Positions 10,142 through 20,394 of a DNA stretch of 64,000 nucleotides are shown here, piece by piece; within the stretch, counting starts at the first letter, position 1; each line of letters opens with the position of its first letter. This DNA is from an uncultured Chloroflexia bacterium (GTDB taxonomy: Bacteria; Chloroflexota; Dehalococcoidia; GIF9; UBA5629), in NCBI GenBank assembly GCA_963820495.1, contig CAWGAF010000002.1, positions 737,375-801,374 on the forward strand, given 5' to 3'. A program made the translations under genes and the position numbers. A model generated the notes under the pieces. It made no database searches. It saw only the letters and a list, made by a program, of their open reading frames with translations, and was not told where the DNA came from.

Positions 10142-11194
10142 TTAATATGAAAATGGCCATAAGCGATAAGCAGACTTAAACAGCCCCCAGCGGTGAGCAA
10201 GTCCCCTGGGTTCAAGTACCAGGAAAAGGACGATTACCAGTCCAAATATCATTGGGGTGACACCAGTAGCAAACCCGGCAGGCATCATAGTAAAGGTTGA
10301 CTCCAGGTAAGGTACTAACTGCACAGTTAATACCTGCTGAATAATGCGGATAAAGATAACCCCGAGTATAGGACCCAGAGCGGTACCAAGCCCACCAATT
10401 ATTATCATCCCGATATACAATATTGACTCAGTCAAGCTGAATTGCTCGGTATTCATAAAGCCAATCCAGTGGGCGAGCAAAGCACCTGCTATCCCGGCTA
10501 GGAAACAGCCAATGAAGAAGGCAAGTAACTTATAGTAAAGGAGGTTAATACCCATTACCTCAGCAGCCAGGTCGTTATCACGTATAGCAATAAAGGCTCT
10601 ACCTATCCTTGTCCTTGCCAAATTCTTGGCAAAGAAAATGCATAGAACGGCGATAGCCATGATAAGGTAAAATTGGCTCGTCTCGCTTCTGAATTCGAAA
10701 CCGGCAATAGAGGCATAGGGCACTTTTAGGCCAACAAACCCACCCGTTATTTCCCAGTGATTAATAACCCAGATGATGATAAACTGGGCGGCAATGGTGG
10801 TAATTGCTAGATAGAACCCCTTTACTCGCACTGAGGGAATACCAAAGATAAGCCCGACGATTCCTGCAACAATCCCAGCGCAGATTAATCCTACTAGGAA
10901 CGGAAGTTCCAGTTTACCAGTTAGAATAGCAGTGGTATAGGCGCCCACAGCGATAAAACCAGCATGCCCAATAGATAATTGACCGCAATATCCGACTAAA
11001 ATATTTAAACCAATTGCAGCGACAAGAGTAATGCCAATCAAATTGGCGACGCCTAACCAGTAATTTCCTAGGTATAGTGGTAGGGTAAAGAGGATTAGTA
11101 ACAGGACGATAAACATTGCCCAATGGGTTTTGGTTCGTAGAATAGCCATATCTTGGGCATAGGTAACGTTGCGTGTTCCACAGGGCAAATTCAT
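10142..11194 (-). CDS. livM: Branched-chain-type ABC permease (LivM-like)
   Basis: Polytopic membrane protein with GQLSIGHAGF motif. Confidence 0.88.
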   Translation of the reverse strand: MNLPCGTRNVTYAQDMAILRTKTHWAMFIVLLLILFTLPLYLGNYWLGVANLIGITLVAAIGLNILVGYCGQLSIGHAGFIAVGAYTTAILTGKLELPFLVGLICAGIVAGIVGLIFGIPSVRVKGFYLAITTIAAQFIIIWVINHWEITGGFVGLKVPYASIAGFEFRSETSQFYLIMAIAVLCIFFAKNLARTRIGRAFIAIRDNDLAAEVMGINLLYYKLLAFFIGCFLAGIAGALLAHWIGFMNTEQFSLTESILYIGMIIIGGLGTALGPILGVIFIRIIQQVLTVQLVPYLESTFTMMPAGFATGVTPMIFGLVIVLFLVLEPRGLAHRWGLFKSAYRLWPFSY

Positions 11195-11198
11195 TTGT

Positions 11199-12083
11199 CT
11201 ATATCCTCTCTATACGGACCTCTCCAAATAGGCCGTATGGCTTGATAATCATAACGATTATTATGATTATGAATGGTATTATATCTTTGACTCCAGCCCA
11301 CATTAATGGAGTGAGATAGCCCCCGCCGATACTCTCGGAAAGGCCTATTATTGGTCCAGCTACCATAGCACCGATAAAGGAGTCCAAACCACCTAGTATC
11401 ACTACTGAGAAAGCCTTAAGTCCGGTATCAACAAGACCGTAGGTTATACCACCGATGCTAGAGATTAGAACACCACCAATAGCAGCGACCACACAGGCGA
11501 ACATCCACGACCGTGAAAATACTCTGGTAACCGGGATACCACAGGCTTGGACAGCCATCTGGTCGTCGGCAGTCGCCCTCATGGCAATACCCATCTTATG
11601 GTATCGAAAGAACAGGGTTAAAAGCGCAAATACGACCAAACAGATACCGACTACCCAGATATATTCCTGAGAAACTACAGCGGGTCCTATGTTGATGACC
11701 TCTCTGGGGAAGAGGCGTGGCAGTGCATCCACGCTCCAGGGCCAGATGAAGGTTACTATACCCTCAATAAAATAGCCTATACCCAGTGTTACCGTAATTA
11801 GAGCTAGAATGGGCTGAGCGATTAGAGGACGCAGTGCAAATCTCTCAATTGCCCATCCTAGGAACAGAGCAAAAATAATGGTTATCGGAAAACCTAGCCA
11901 GAATGGAAACTTAGCTTGAACCAGCATTGCGTAGGTAAACCAAGAAGAGATCAGTACTACCTGGCCTAAAGCCAAGTTGGCCACGCCACTTGATTTCCAG
12001 ACCAGAACGAAACCAAGGGCAATCAGGGCATAAACCATCCCTACAGCAATGCCTGTAATTGTATATTGAAGTAATTCAGCCAA
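11199..12083 (-). CDS. livH: Branched-chain-type ABC permease (LivH-like)
   Basis: Polytopic membrane protein, ...SGVANLALGQ..., typical LivH length. Confidence 0.88.
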   Translation of the reverse strand: MAELLQYTITGIAVGMVYALIALGFVLVWKSSGVANLALGQVVLISSWFTYAMLVQAKFPFWLGFPITIIFALFLGWAIERFALRPLIAQPILALITVTLGIGYFIEGIVTFIWPWSVDALPRLFPREVINIGPAVVSQEYIWVVGICLVVFALLTLFFRYHKMGIAMRATADDQMAVQACGIPVTRVFSRSWMFACVVAAIGGVLISSIGGITYGLVDTGLKAFSVVILGGLDSFIGAMVAGPIIGLSESIGGGYLTPLMWAGVKDIIPFIIIIIVMIIKPYGLFGEVRIERI

Positions 12084-12094
12084 CTGTTTCTACC

Positions 12095-13996
12095 TCATTT
12101 ATTATTAATACTTCTAATTTTAATAGCGGTAGCTACTACTCCTTTTCTGCCGTCTCTGTAAGTTACTGGTGCCTCTACTGTCACACTTTCTTTGTTGTTG
12201 TACATGGCACCTAACAGGTCTTTATACCGCTGTTCCATAAATTCCCTTCTAATCTTTCTGGTTCTGGTGAGTTCTGCTTCATCAGGGTCGAATTCCTTAT
12301 GCAGCAAAACGAATTTGCTCACCCTGGCTGCTTCCGGCAGGTAGCTGTTAACTCGAGCAAGGTCTTTCTGCACTAAGTTGGCGACCTCTTCTTTTTGGGA
12401 CAGGTCAACGAAAGTGGTGAAAGGTATATGATTATGTTCAGCCCACTTACTCACCACGGCAAAGTCTATATTTACTATAGCTGAGACATATTCTCTATGT
12501 TTTCCACCGATTACCATAGCATCTTTTATGTAGGGGCTAAATCTAAGTCTGCCTTCGATATATTGGGGAGCGTATTTAGTACCTGATGCCAGCTCTCCCA
12601 TGTGTTCCAGACGGTCCATGAATATTAGATGTCCAAGATCATTTATATTGACGGCGTCACCTGTATGACACCATCCATTTATGAGAACACCCTTTGTTTT
12701 TTCTGGGTCTTTATAGTACTCGGTGAAAGTACAATCGCTTTTAACCAACAACTCTCCATTATCGGCTACTCTTACTTCTGTGCCAAGTGCGGGACGTCCT
12801 ACGCTTTGAAAGTCGACCTCTCCTTTGCTGTGCGAAGAGATGAAACCAGCCTCGGTACTGGCATAACTTTGCCTTAGTTCGATGCCAATAGCGTGGATTA
12901 GCCTGAAAGTATCCAAACTTAGCACTGAGCTTCCGGTTACGGCAAATCTAGCTTCACTCAGCCCCAGTTTGTCTTTTAGTGGTCTAAATAGAAGTGCATT
13001 TCCAACTCCATGAAGCGTTTGCCAGAATAAGCTTGGTTTTTGGTTCTCAAATTTCATATCAGCAATTCTATAGCCTACGGGCATAAACAGGTGGTAGAAG
13101 AAACGTTTAAGCAGATGGGCATCGGTAATTTTTACTTGAATCTCGCTGACCAAACCTTCCCATTGGCGGGGCCCATATATTACAAAATTGGGTCCGACCT
13201 CCCTTGTGTCTTCAGCTATTGTTTCCGGCTCCTCGGCGAAATTCAGCCTTGCACCTGTAAGCAGGTGAGGAATGCTGGCGAAAAAGCTGTCGCCCACCCA
13301 TGCCGCAGGGAAATTGGAAACCAAATCATCGTCTTCATTTAGAGGGTAACGACTGACAAATCCCTTGGCTGTGTTTATCAGTGCCCTATGGGTGAGCGTG
13401 GCCCCCTTGGGTAGTCCAGTGGTTCCAGAGGTATAGTAAATAAAGGCAGGGTCATCTCCTCTGCCTTTTTCTAGGTTTTCCTCAAATAGGTCCGGATATG
13501 CTTCTTCGTATTCTCTTCCCCGCTCTATTACGTCAGTGAAGCTGATAAGTGTAGGATCATCATAGTTCTTGAGTCCTTTGGGATCCCAGTATATAACTTT
13601 ATTTAATGAATGCAACTCATTTTTTATTTCTAGAAATTTGTCAGCTTGTTCTTGGTCGTTAACTAAAGCGAATTTGGCACCTGAGTGTTCAGCAATGTAT
13701 TTCACTTCTGAGGGAATAGAGTCGACGAAGATGCCGGTGACAATACCACCTGCTGCTTGAGTAGCGAATTCCCCCCAGAACCATTCGGGTTCATTATCGC
13801 CAATAATGCAGACTACGTCCTTTAGTTTAATCCCCAGACTTATCAGTCCGAGTGAGAAATATTTTACCTTTTCATAATAATCCTGCCAGCTGTATCTCTG
13901 CCAGATGCCACGGTTTTTCACACACATGGCGACTTTCGCCCCCCACTTTCCGTAGTTGCTCTTGATAATCTGCGGAATTGTCTCGCTATCTCTCAT
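12095..13996 (-). CDS. AMP-forming acyl-CoA ligase (long-chain/aromatic acid-CoA ligase family)
   Basis: AMP-binding motif YTSGTTGLPKGA. 633 aa. First gene of the Liv-type operon. Confidence 0.85.
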   Translation of the reverse strand: MRDSETIPQIIKSNYGKWGAKVAMCVKNRGIWQRYSWQDYYEKVKYFSLGLISLGIKLKDVVCIIGDNEPEWFWGEFATQAAGGIVTGIFVDSIPSEVKYIAEHSGAKFALVNDQEQADKFLEIKNELHSLNKVIYWDPKGLKNYDDPTLISFTDVIERGREYEEAYPDLFEENLEKGRGDDPAFIYYTSGTTGLPKGATLTHRALINTAKGFVSRYPLNEDDDLVSNFPAAWVGDSFFASIPHLLTGARLNFAEEPETIAEDTREVGPNFVIYGPRQWEGLVSEIQVKITDAHLLKRFFYHLFMPVGYRIADMKFENQKPSLFWQTLHGVGNALLFRPLKDKLGLSEARFAVTGSSVLSLDTFRLIHAIGIELRQSYASTEAGFISSHSKGEVDFQSVGRPALGTEVRVADNGELLVKSDCTFTEYYKDPEKTKGVLINGWCHTGDAVNINDLGHLIFMDRLEHMGELASGTKYAPQYIEGRLRFSPYIKDAMVIGGKHREYVSAIVNIDFAVVSKWAEHNHIPFTTFVDLSQKEEVANLVQKDLARVNSYLPEAARVSKFVLLHKEFDPDEAELTRTRKIRREFMEQRYKDLLGAMYNNKESVTVEAPVTYRDGRKGVVATAIKIRSINNK

Positions 13997-14065
13997 ACTA
14001 TACCTATCTCTGTTGGAATGTGCGATCTAAACTACCTTTACTTAGACTTCTTATATATGTTTGGG

Positions 14066-14099
14066 TACAAAAAAACCCTCCTGCCTGGGAGGGTTTTTT
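14066..14099. terminator. Bidirectional rho-independent terminator
   Basis: aaaaaaaCCCTCC-tgcctg-GGAGGGtttttt, between the thioesterase and acyl-CoA ligase genes. Confidence 0.6.
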
Positions 14100-14293
14100 C
14101 CTTTTATGTCCTGCTAATTTTTCTTTACTCGCTCGATGTTCTCCCAGGCCTGCAAGCAGGCATGCTAAACATGAAAAAGAAAAAGAAGCTAAAATTGCTG
14201 CTGGCCTGGAATTGTGTTTCGAGTCTCATGTGGAATGATGGTAGCACAACTATAAATGCATGTCAATTATCGAATACGGATGAATTTAATGCT

Positions 14294-14713
14294 CTATACT
14301 TTTGGAATGGTGGTGCCTGTGGCTTTGGCTATAAGTTTACCATCTTGGTTTGTTACTACCATTTCGGAGATACAAGCTCGTCTGCCACTTTTAATTACCT
14401 TGCACTCTGCGGTGAGTTCGTCATCTATGTTGGCACTGGCAATAAAGTGAATGTTAAATTGGGAAGCTAAATTGGGGGTGATTACTGTATTTGAAGCATA
14501 GGCGAAGGCTTCATCGGTCAATGCCATTATGATGCCACCAAAAACCAGTCCATTGAAATTAAGATATTCGGGACTTAGCTTCATGGTTACTTTGGCATAG
14601 CCCTCAGATAATTCCACCAATCTCATTTTTAGAAAAGAAGCGATGGGCTCACTATCTGCTTTTACTTTCAGAGCTGACACATTATTCGAAAAACTGTTTT
14701 CTGTTACTGACAT
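14294..14713 (-). CDS. PaaI/hotdog-fold thioesterase
   Basis: 139 aa. ...LNFNGLVFGGIIMALTDEAF... is a PaaI-type motif. Confidence 0.7.
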   Translation of the reverse strand: MSVTENSFSNNVSALKVKADSEPIASFLKMRLVELSEGYAKVTMKLSPEYLNFNGLVFGGIIMALTDEAFAYASNTVITPNLASQFNIHFIASANIDDELTAECKVIKSGRRACISEMVVTNQDGKLIAKATGTTIPKV

Positions 14714-14769
14714 TCTAATTTGGGTTTCCTTATATTATTGATTGACCTGTTCGTTGTAGTTTAAGGCAA

Positions 14770-15957
14770 TTAACATAGATTATGTTTCTGTGCGGCTTTT
14801 TTAAATCCAGTCAAAGAGCCTTCTATTACTCTGTCTTCGACACAATAAGCAATACGAAAATAACCAGGTGTTCCGAAGCTTCGGCCAGGAACTACTAGCA
14901 CATTGTACTCCTGCAATTCTCTAACGAAGGCCATGGCATCTTCGAGTGGAGATTTAGGAAACATGTAAAATGTGCCCTGCGGTTTCACTATAGAATAACC
15001 CATCTCGGTAAGATTGTTATATAAAAAGTCCCTCTTCTTTTTGTATTCAGCTATGGATACGGTCACATTTTGCAGGTTGCGTATGATGTGTTGCATTAAA
15101 GCGGGAGCATTTACGAAGCCCAGAACCCTATTGCAGTGGATAAAGCCTGCCATTAGCTCGTCATGTTGAGCGCATTTAGGATGCACCGCAATATGACCGA
15201 TCCGTTCTCCAGGCAGTGCCAGATCTTTAGAGTGAGAGTAGGCAACTATGCTTTGTAGGTAATGGTGAAAAACATACGGATATTTTAATTCGTCATATAT
15301 AAGCTTGTTATAGGCTTCGTCACTGACTAAGTAAATGTGTGTTGATAATTGTCTCTCTTTTTTGCTGAGCAATTTGCTCAGTTGGTTGACAAAATCCTTG
15401 CTGTATACAACACCAGTAGGATTGTTAGGGGAATTTATTATTACTGCTTTTGTTTTTGAGGTAATGGTATTTTCGAGGACATCGAGTTTTGGTATAAACT
15501 TTTCATCCGTTGGTACAACTTTAGCCACTCCGCCATGATTGTCAATATAATTATCAAACTCTGGGAAATAAGGTGCAAATAAAATAACCTCTTCATGCGG
15601 GTTTAGTATTGTCTTTAGTATTACATTAATAGCTCCGGCGGCACCGCAAGTCATGATGATGTCACTCATGGTAAATTTCATTCCTGTTTCTAGTGAAAGT
15701 TGTGCTGCTACAGCTGTTCTGGTTTCTGGATAACCGGCGTTTTCCATATATCTATGCATTCCTGGTACGGGGTTATCTGCTAGTCTTTTTAATTCTGCTT
15801 TAAAATCAGGTGGGGGTTCTATTATAGGATTACCTATCGAAAGATCAAAAACATTCTCCTCTCCGTATTGCTTTTTCAGAATATTCCCTTCTTCACCCAT
15901 CCTCCTTATCCATGATCCCTCGATCATACGTCTCTGGACGTTATCAGAGATTGACAT
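14770..15957 (-). CDS. PLP-dependent aminotransferase, class I/II (AspC family)
   Basis: NSPNNPTG, the SHSKDLALPGERIG lysine motif, ~395 aa. Confidence 0.85.
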   Translation of the reverse strand: MSISDNVQRRMIEGSWIRRMGEEGNILKKQYGEENVFDLSIGNPIIEPPPDFKAELKRLADNPVPGMHRYMENAGYPETRTAVAAQLSLETGMKFTMSDIIMTCGAAGAINVILKTILNPHEEVILFAPYFPEFDNYIDNHGGVAKVVPTDEKFIPKLDVLENTITSKTKAVIINSPNNPTGVVYSKDFVNQLSKLLSKKERQLSTHIYLVSDEAYNKLIYDELKYPYVFHHYLQSIVAYSHSKDLALPGERIGHIAVHPKCAQHDELMAGFIHCNRVLGFVNAPALMQHIIRNLQNVTVSIAEYKKKRDFLYNNLTEMGYSIVKPQGTFYMFPKSPLEDAMAFVRELQEYNVLVVPGRSFGTPGYFRIAYCVEDRVIEGSLTGFKKAAQKHNLC

Positions 15958-16142
15958 TAGAAACCTCCTCTTGTACCTGTGGAGCAGACAAGTGGATTTT
16001 AGGTGTCGTTTCTGAATTGTACATGTCTAGATAATGCATCTTGAAACTTGAAATAATGACGAGTAATCATAATATCTCGTTTGGCATTTCGTCAAGTTGT
16101 TATGCTGTTGGGATATTCACTGGAATAAAAGGAGTAGAAACG

Positions 16143-16172
16143 CAGAGCGGCGATTTTGTATTCGCCGCTCTG
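16143..16172 (-). terminator. Hairpin terminator downstream of ftsZ
   Basis: cagagcggcga-loop-tcgccgctctg (11-bp stem), followed on the minus strand by a weak U-rich tract. Confidence 0.5.
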
Positions 16173-16209
16173 TTGAAAGGAGGAGACAGGAGGTTAACTC
16201 GGTTTGATA

Positions 16210-17310
16210 TTATCTAGGGACTTTGGGTATGCTTGACATTTGAGCTGAAGGATAATTAGATGAACGCCGCATAAAGGATGGTACATCCAGGCTACCTTCA
16301 TCAGCAGCTCCTCTAAGTAATCGACGTAGCTCAAGTTCTGTGGGTGCTCCAGCACCGTATTGAGCGGTAAAACCGGTGGCAATAATTGTTATTTGGAGTT
16401 CGCCTTCCATCTGTGAGTCAAAGACCACTCCGAATATAATGTTAGCTTCGGGGTCAACCGATTGAGCGATGATATCAGCAGCCTCGTTGCACTCAAATAA
16501 CGTTAGATCATTACCACCAGTGACATTGAATAGTACACCTTTTGCTCCTCCTATTGAAACGTCAAGCATCGGGCTGGCAAGAGCAGCTTTAGCTGCATCC
16601 ATGGCTCGATTTTGGCCCTTACCTCGTCCGACCGACATCCAGGCTGGACCAGCGCCTTTCATTATTGATCTGATATCGGCAAAGTCTAAGTTGATAAGTC
16701 CGGGAACTGTGACCACTTCTGCGATAGCTCGAACTCCAAGTCTGAGTACATCATCGGCTAATTTAAAGGCGTTATCTACTGTCGTTTTAGCATCGCAGAG
16801 CTCAAGCATGCGGTCATTGGGAATGATAACCAGTGTATCGACCTTATCAACGAGTTTGAGAATTCCTTCTTCAGCTACTCTGGAACGCCGGGCACCTTCG
16901 AATGAAAATGGTTTGGTTACGATAGCGATAGTAAGCGCTCCAGATTGTTTTGAAACCTCGGCGATAACGGGTATACCACCAGTACCACTACCACCACCCA
17001 TACCAGCGGTGATAAAGACCATGTCAGCGCCAGCAACTACTTCTTGAACTGCTTGGCGGCTCTCCTCCGCAGCTTTAGAACCAACGCTTGGGTCGCCGCC
17101 AGCGCCTAAACCTCTTGTTAGTTTTTCACCTAGTTGGATACGTATGGGAACTTCAGCCATTGCTAGTGCTTGGGCATCGGTATTCATTGCAATGAACTCG
17201 ACACCCTTGATACTCTCTCGTACCATCCGAGTGATAGCGTTGGAACCGCCACCGCCAATACCAATTGCCTTGATTCGCGCGGGCGATGTAGAAAAAGTTG
17301 ACTTTGCCAC
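16210..17310 (-). CDS. ftsZ: Cell division GTPase FtsZ
   Basis: GGGTGTG/GGGSGTG tubulin signature, NTDAQAL, and the C-terminal FtsA-binding peptide LDVPSFMRR. Confidence 0.97.
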   Translation of the reverse strand: MAKSTFSTSPARIKAIGIGGGGSNAITRMVRESIKGVEFIAMNTDAQALAMAEVPIRIQLGEKLTRGLGAGGDPSVGSKAAEESRQAVQEVVAGADMVFITAGMGGGSGTGGIPVIAEVSKQSGALTIAIVTKPFSFEGARRSRVAEEGILKLVDKVDTLVIIPNDRMLELCDAKTTVDNAFKLADDVLRLGVRAIAEVVTVPGLINLDFADIRSIMKGAGPAWMSVGRGKGQNRAMDAAKAALASPMLDVSIGGAKGVLFNVTGGNDLTLFECNEAADIIAQSVDPEANIIFGVVFDSQMEGELQITIIATGFTAQYGAGAPTELELRRLLRGAADEGSLDVPSFMRRSSNYPSAQMSSIPKVPR

Positions 17311-17341
17311 TTATTTCCTCCTTTTATTTATTATTTTTTAT

Positions 17342-18562
17342 TTAAACTCCAAAGAACTTTTTCAGTAATGTCATGAAACCACCAAAAGAACCACTTTTTT
17401 TGCTAGCTTCCCAAGCCGGTTTTCCTTGATTCCTGACTCCCCAGAGTAGCAACCCAACTCCGGTAGCTTGAGCAGGATCATGTAGAATGTCTGTAATGCC
17501 ATAGACACCCATTGGTTGTCCTATTCTACACGGGATTCGTAATGTGGCACGTGCTAAGGCCTCAATTCCAACCAATTTAGCACCGCCGCCACTGAGTACT
17601 AATCCTGCAGGAGCCAAAGAATTATAATTCGAGTCAGGCATTTCCAACAGAATAAGCCTTAGTAGTTCTTCTATACGATCCTGAATAATTTTACAAAGGT
17701 CACGGTAAGATACACTATGGCCGTTCTCGATGTTGAGAGTAGAGTCCTCACTCTTAGTTATCAAGTCTGGGGAAACGTTGCCGTATTTCTTCTTCATAGC
17801 TTCAGCAATATCGAAGGGCAAGCCCAATCCGATTGAAAGGTCACTGGTAACCTGATAACCAGCCACTGGAACAATTGAGGTATGGTAAATGCTGCCATCT
17901 TTGAAAACGGCTATATCGGTTGTACCTCCGCCAATGTCGGCCAAAATAACTCCTAATTCTTTCTCTTCTGTTGTTAACACAGATTCACCACTGGCCAGAG
18001 GTTCCAAGATAAGGTCTGCGATCTCAATCCCAACGCTTCGTATACATTTAACCAGGTTTTGTACTGAGGCGATAGCAGCTGTGATTACATGTGTTTCTAC
18101 ATCCAACCTGAAACCATGCATACCAACAGGGTTTTTAATTCTCTCCTGGTTATCGAGGTTATAATGTCGTGGGATGGCGTGGAGTATTTTTCTGTCATCG
18201 GGGATATTGACGTGCTGAGCAGAATCTAGCACTCTCTTAAGGTCGTCAGATCTTACTAGGCGGTCATTGCGCGGTATTGCTACTACGCCGTGACTATTAG
18301 TGGAGTGTATATGTCTGCCAGTAACTCCGACAAAGGCAGATTCCACTCGGACACCGCTGGCTTGCTCCGCCCTCTTTATGGACTCCGCAATTGTGTCCTT
18401 GGCTTCATCCACATTGACTACCATGCCTTTATGCAAGCCACGTGAGGGGACAAAGCCAACCCCCAGCACCTGTATGCCACCTCCAGAGTCTAGAGTGGCG
18501 ACTATGGTGCAAATTTTTGTGGTACCTACATCAATCGCTGTAATAATCTTCTTCATAAGCAA
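17342..18562 (-). CDS. ftsA: Cell division protein FtsA
   Basis: Actin-fold motifs IDVGTTK and DIGGGTTDIAVF. Lies immediately upstream of ftsZ. Confidence 0.93.
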   Translation of the reverse strand: MLMKKIITAIDVGTTKICTIVATLDSGGGIQVLGVGFVPSRGLHKGMVVNVDEAKDTIAESIKRAEQASGVRVESAFVGVTGRHIHSTNSHGVVAIPRNDRLVRSDDLKRVLDSAQHVNIPDDRKILHAIPRHYNLDNQERIKNPVGMHGFRLDVETHVITAAIASVQNLVKCIRSVGIEIADLILEPLASGESVLTTEEKELGVILADIGGGTTDIAVFKDGSIYHTSIVPVAGYQVTSDLSIGLGLPFDIAEAMKKKYGNVSPDLITKSEDSTLNIENGHSVSYRDLCKIIQDRIEELLRLILLEMPDSNYNSLAPAGLVLSGGGAKLVGIEALARATLRIPCRIGQPMGVYGITDILHDPAQATGVGLLLWGVRNQGKPAWEASKKSGSFGGFMTLLKKFFGV

Positions 18563-18628
18563 CCTCCTTTTTCAGGTATTAGTTTATAAATTAGTTTGAC
18601 CTCCTTAGTTAATTCTAAGAATTTATTA

Positions 18629-19567
18629 TTACAATCTTTCAGACACTCGAAGCTTTGCACTGCGGCTTCGTGGATTTATTTCTATTTCACTCGGTGATGG
18701 TGTGATAACTTTCTTGGATATAATTTTGAAACTAGGCGCATGACCACAATTACATACTGGAGTTTGCGGTGGGCAAAGACATGCCATTGTTTCGCGTTTC
18801 ATAAATTGTTTTACTATACGGTCTTCCAGAGAATGATAACTGATGACTACTAATCTACCTCGGCGGTTAAGGCATTTTATGGTTTGTTTAAGCGCAGTTT
18901 CTAAATTCTCCAGTTCATGATTTACAGCAATGCGCAAAGCCAGAAATGTTTTTGTCGCCGGATGGATTTTGTGTTGCCTATCGTAACCCACAGTTTGTTC
19001 TATCATGTTAGCTAAGTCAACCGTACTAATTACAGGTCGGTTCTTGACAATTAGTCTGGCTATTTGCCGACTGCGGCGCTCCTCGCCGTATTCATATATT
19101 AGTTGGGCTAGCCTATCTTCCGGGAGTATATTAATAAGATCAGTTGCAGTTAGAACCTGTTTGGGGCTAACACGCATATCAGGTTGTGCATCTTGCTGAA
19201 AGCTAAAGCCTCGCTCGGCATCCTCAAGTTGAGCGGACGAGATACCGAGATCGAATAGAATACCATCTACCGGCAGGAAGTCGTTTTCTCGGCAGACGTT
19301 TTCAAGGTTAGTGAAATTATCGTTTACTAGTACAATAGCTCCTGAATATTGTGCCAATTTTGTTCTCGCAATACTAATAGCCTCGGGGTCAGCGTCGATG
19401 CCTAAAAGTTGTCCAGTAGGATAACTCTTTTCTAGAATGGCACGTGTATGACCGCCAAGACCTAAAGTGCAGTCGACATAGCGTTTTCCAGGCTTTATCT
19501 GTAACGCTTCGATAACCTCGTTTAAAAGAACTGGCGTGTGAGTTGGTAGTGGCATAGTCAAAGTCAT
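18629..19567 (-). CDS. rsmH: 16S rRNA (cytosine1402-N4)-methyltransferase RsmH/MraW
   Basis: HTPVLLNEV..., DCTLGLGGH, FDLGISS, SYHSLEDR. Confidence 0.93.
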   Translation of the reverse strand: MTLTMPLPTHTPVLLNEVIEALQIKPGKRYVDCTLGLGGHTRAILEKSYPTGQLLGIDADPEAISIARTKLAQYSGAIVLVNDNFTNLENVCRENDFLPVDGILFDLGISSAQLEDAERGFSFQQDAQPDMRVSPKQVLTATDLINILPEDRLAQLIYEYGEERRSRQIARLIVKNRPVISTVDLANMIEQTVGYDRQHKIHPATKTFLALRIAVNHELENLETALKQTIKCLNRRGRLVVISYHSLEDRIVKQFMKRETMACLCPPQTPVCNCGHAPSFKIISKKVITPSPSEIEINPRSRSAKLRVSERL

Positions 19568-19992
19568 TGCTGGCCCTCAAGGCTTTCTATTATTTGCCAA
19601 GCTTGTTCTGTAGCCTCAATTCTCTCTTTATTCCACAATTCAGGGCTCCATAGCTCTATACACTTGTTGGCGCCGACTATAATTGCGGCATCTTCTATTT
19701 GTGCGTAGCTACGCAGTGAATGAGGTAAAGCTATTCTTCCCTGTCCATCTAGTGGAAGGTCGAAAGCACTACCAAAAGTAAATCTATTTAGCTTTCTCAT
19801 TTTGCTTTTGGCTACTGTTTGGTTAGCCAACGTATCGGCTAATTTTTTAAATTCCTCTGGTTTATATGCAACAATGCATGGTTCGGGACCACGCGTTAGT
19901 ACCAGTCCGTTAATAAATTCCTGCCGGAACTTTGGTGGTAAAGGTAGTCTGCCTTTGCTATCGACCTTATATTCGTATTCGCCTAGAAGCAT
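19564..19992 (-). CDS. mraZ: Transcriptional regulator MraZ
   Basis: MLLGEYEYKVDSKGRLPLP with a second DGQGRIALP repeat. Overlaps rsmH by 4 bp. Confidence 0.93.
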   Translation of the reverse strand: MLLGEYEYKVDSKGRLPLPPKFRQEFINGLVLTRGPEPCIVAYKPEEFKKLADTLANQTVAKSKMRKLNRFTFGSAFDLPLDGQGRIALPHSLRSYAQIEDAAIIVGANKCIELWSPELWNKERIEATEQAWQIIESLEGQQ

Positions 19993-20011
19993 TTCTCGTT
20001 TGGGCTGGGGG

Positions 20012-20377
20012 TTAGTACGGTATAGCCACTCCTTCCAATTGATGTTCTAAGACTTTTAGTTGGTTCCAATCCATTTGGGAGATTTCTTCAAAGAATTCCT
20101 TGACATCCCAGTCACCACTCAAGGAATAGGTAATAAGGTCATTGTTATTATGTTGTTCAAGGAGAATGTTCTTTGTGACCAATGAGGATATTGCTTCTCT
20201 CAAGTTGAATTTTGCAGTATCCAGAGCGCTGGCAATTGTGTACAGGCTTAGTTTTGCATGGGGATGTCTTGCCCAGAAGATAATTAATCGTAGTTCCAGC
20301 TTGGTGAAATCTTTCTCTTTAAGAAAGCTGAACATTTTGCTATTTTCTACTCTATATTGAATACAACTGACAGCCAT
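20012..20377 (-). CDS. Small winged-helix-like protein of unknown function, first ORF of the mraZ transcription unit
   Basis: Strong RBS GGGAGG 7 nt upstream of the ATG at 20377. An HTH-like segment LSLYTIASALDTAKFNLREAISSLVTKNIL. 19-bp gap to mraZ. Confidence 0.55.
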   Translation of the reverse strand: MAVSCIQYRVENSKMFSFLKEKDFTKLELRLIIFWARHPHAKLSLYTIASALDTAKFNLREAISSLVTKNILLEQHNNNDLITYSLSGDWDVKEFFEEISQMDWNQLKVLEHQLEGVAIPY

Positions 20378-20394
20378 TTTTTCCTCCCATTATT

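Noticed and set aside
14018-14470. 150-aa plus-strand ORF spanning the intergenic terminator
   Set aside because: It runs through a bidirectional terminator and into the antisense of the thioesterase gene, and its composition is implausible.
16469-17047. 192-aa plus-strand ORF
   Set aside because: It lies antisense to ftsZ. Its Ala/Ser/Thr/Pro-rich composition is typical of the reverse frame of a Gly/Ala-rich gene.
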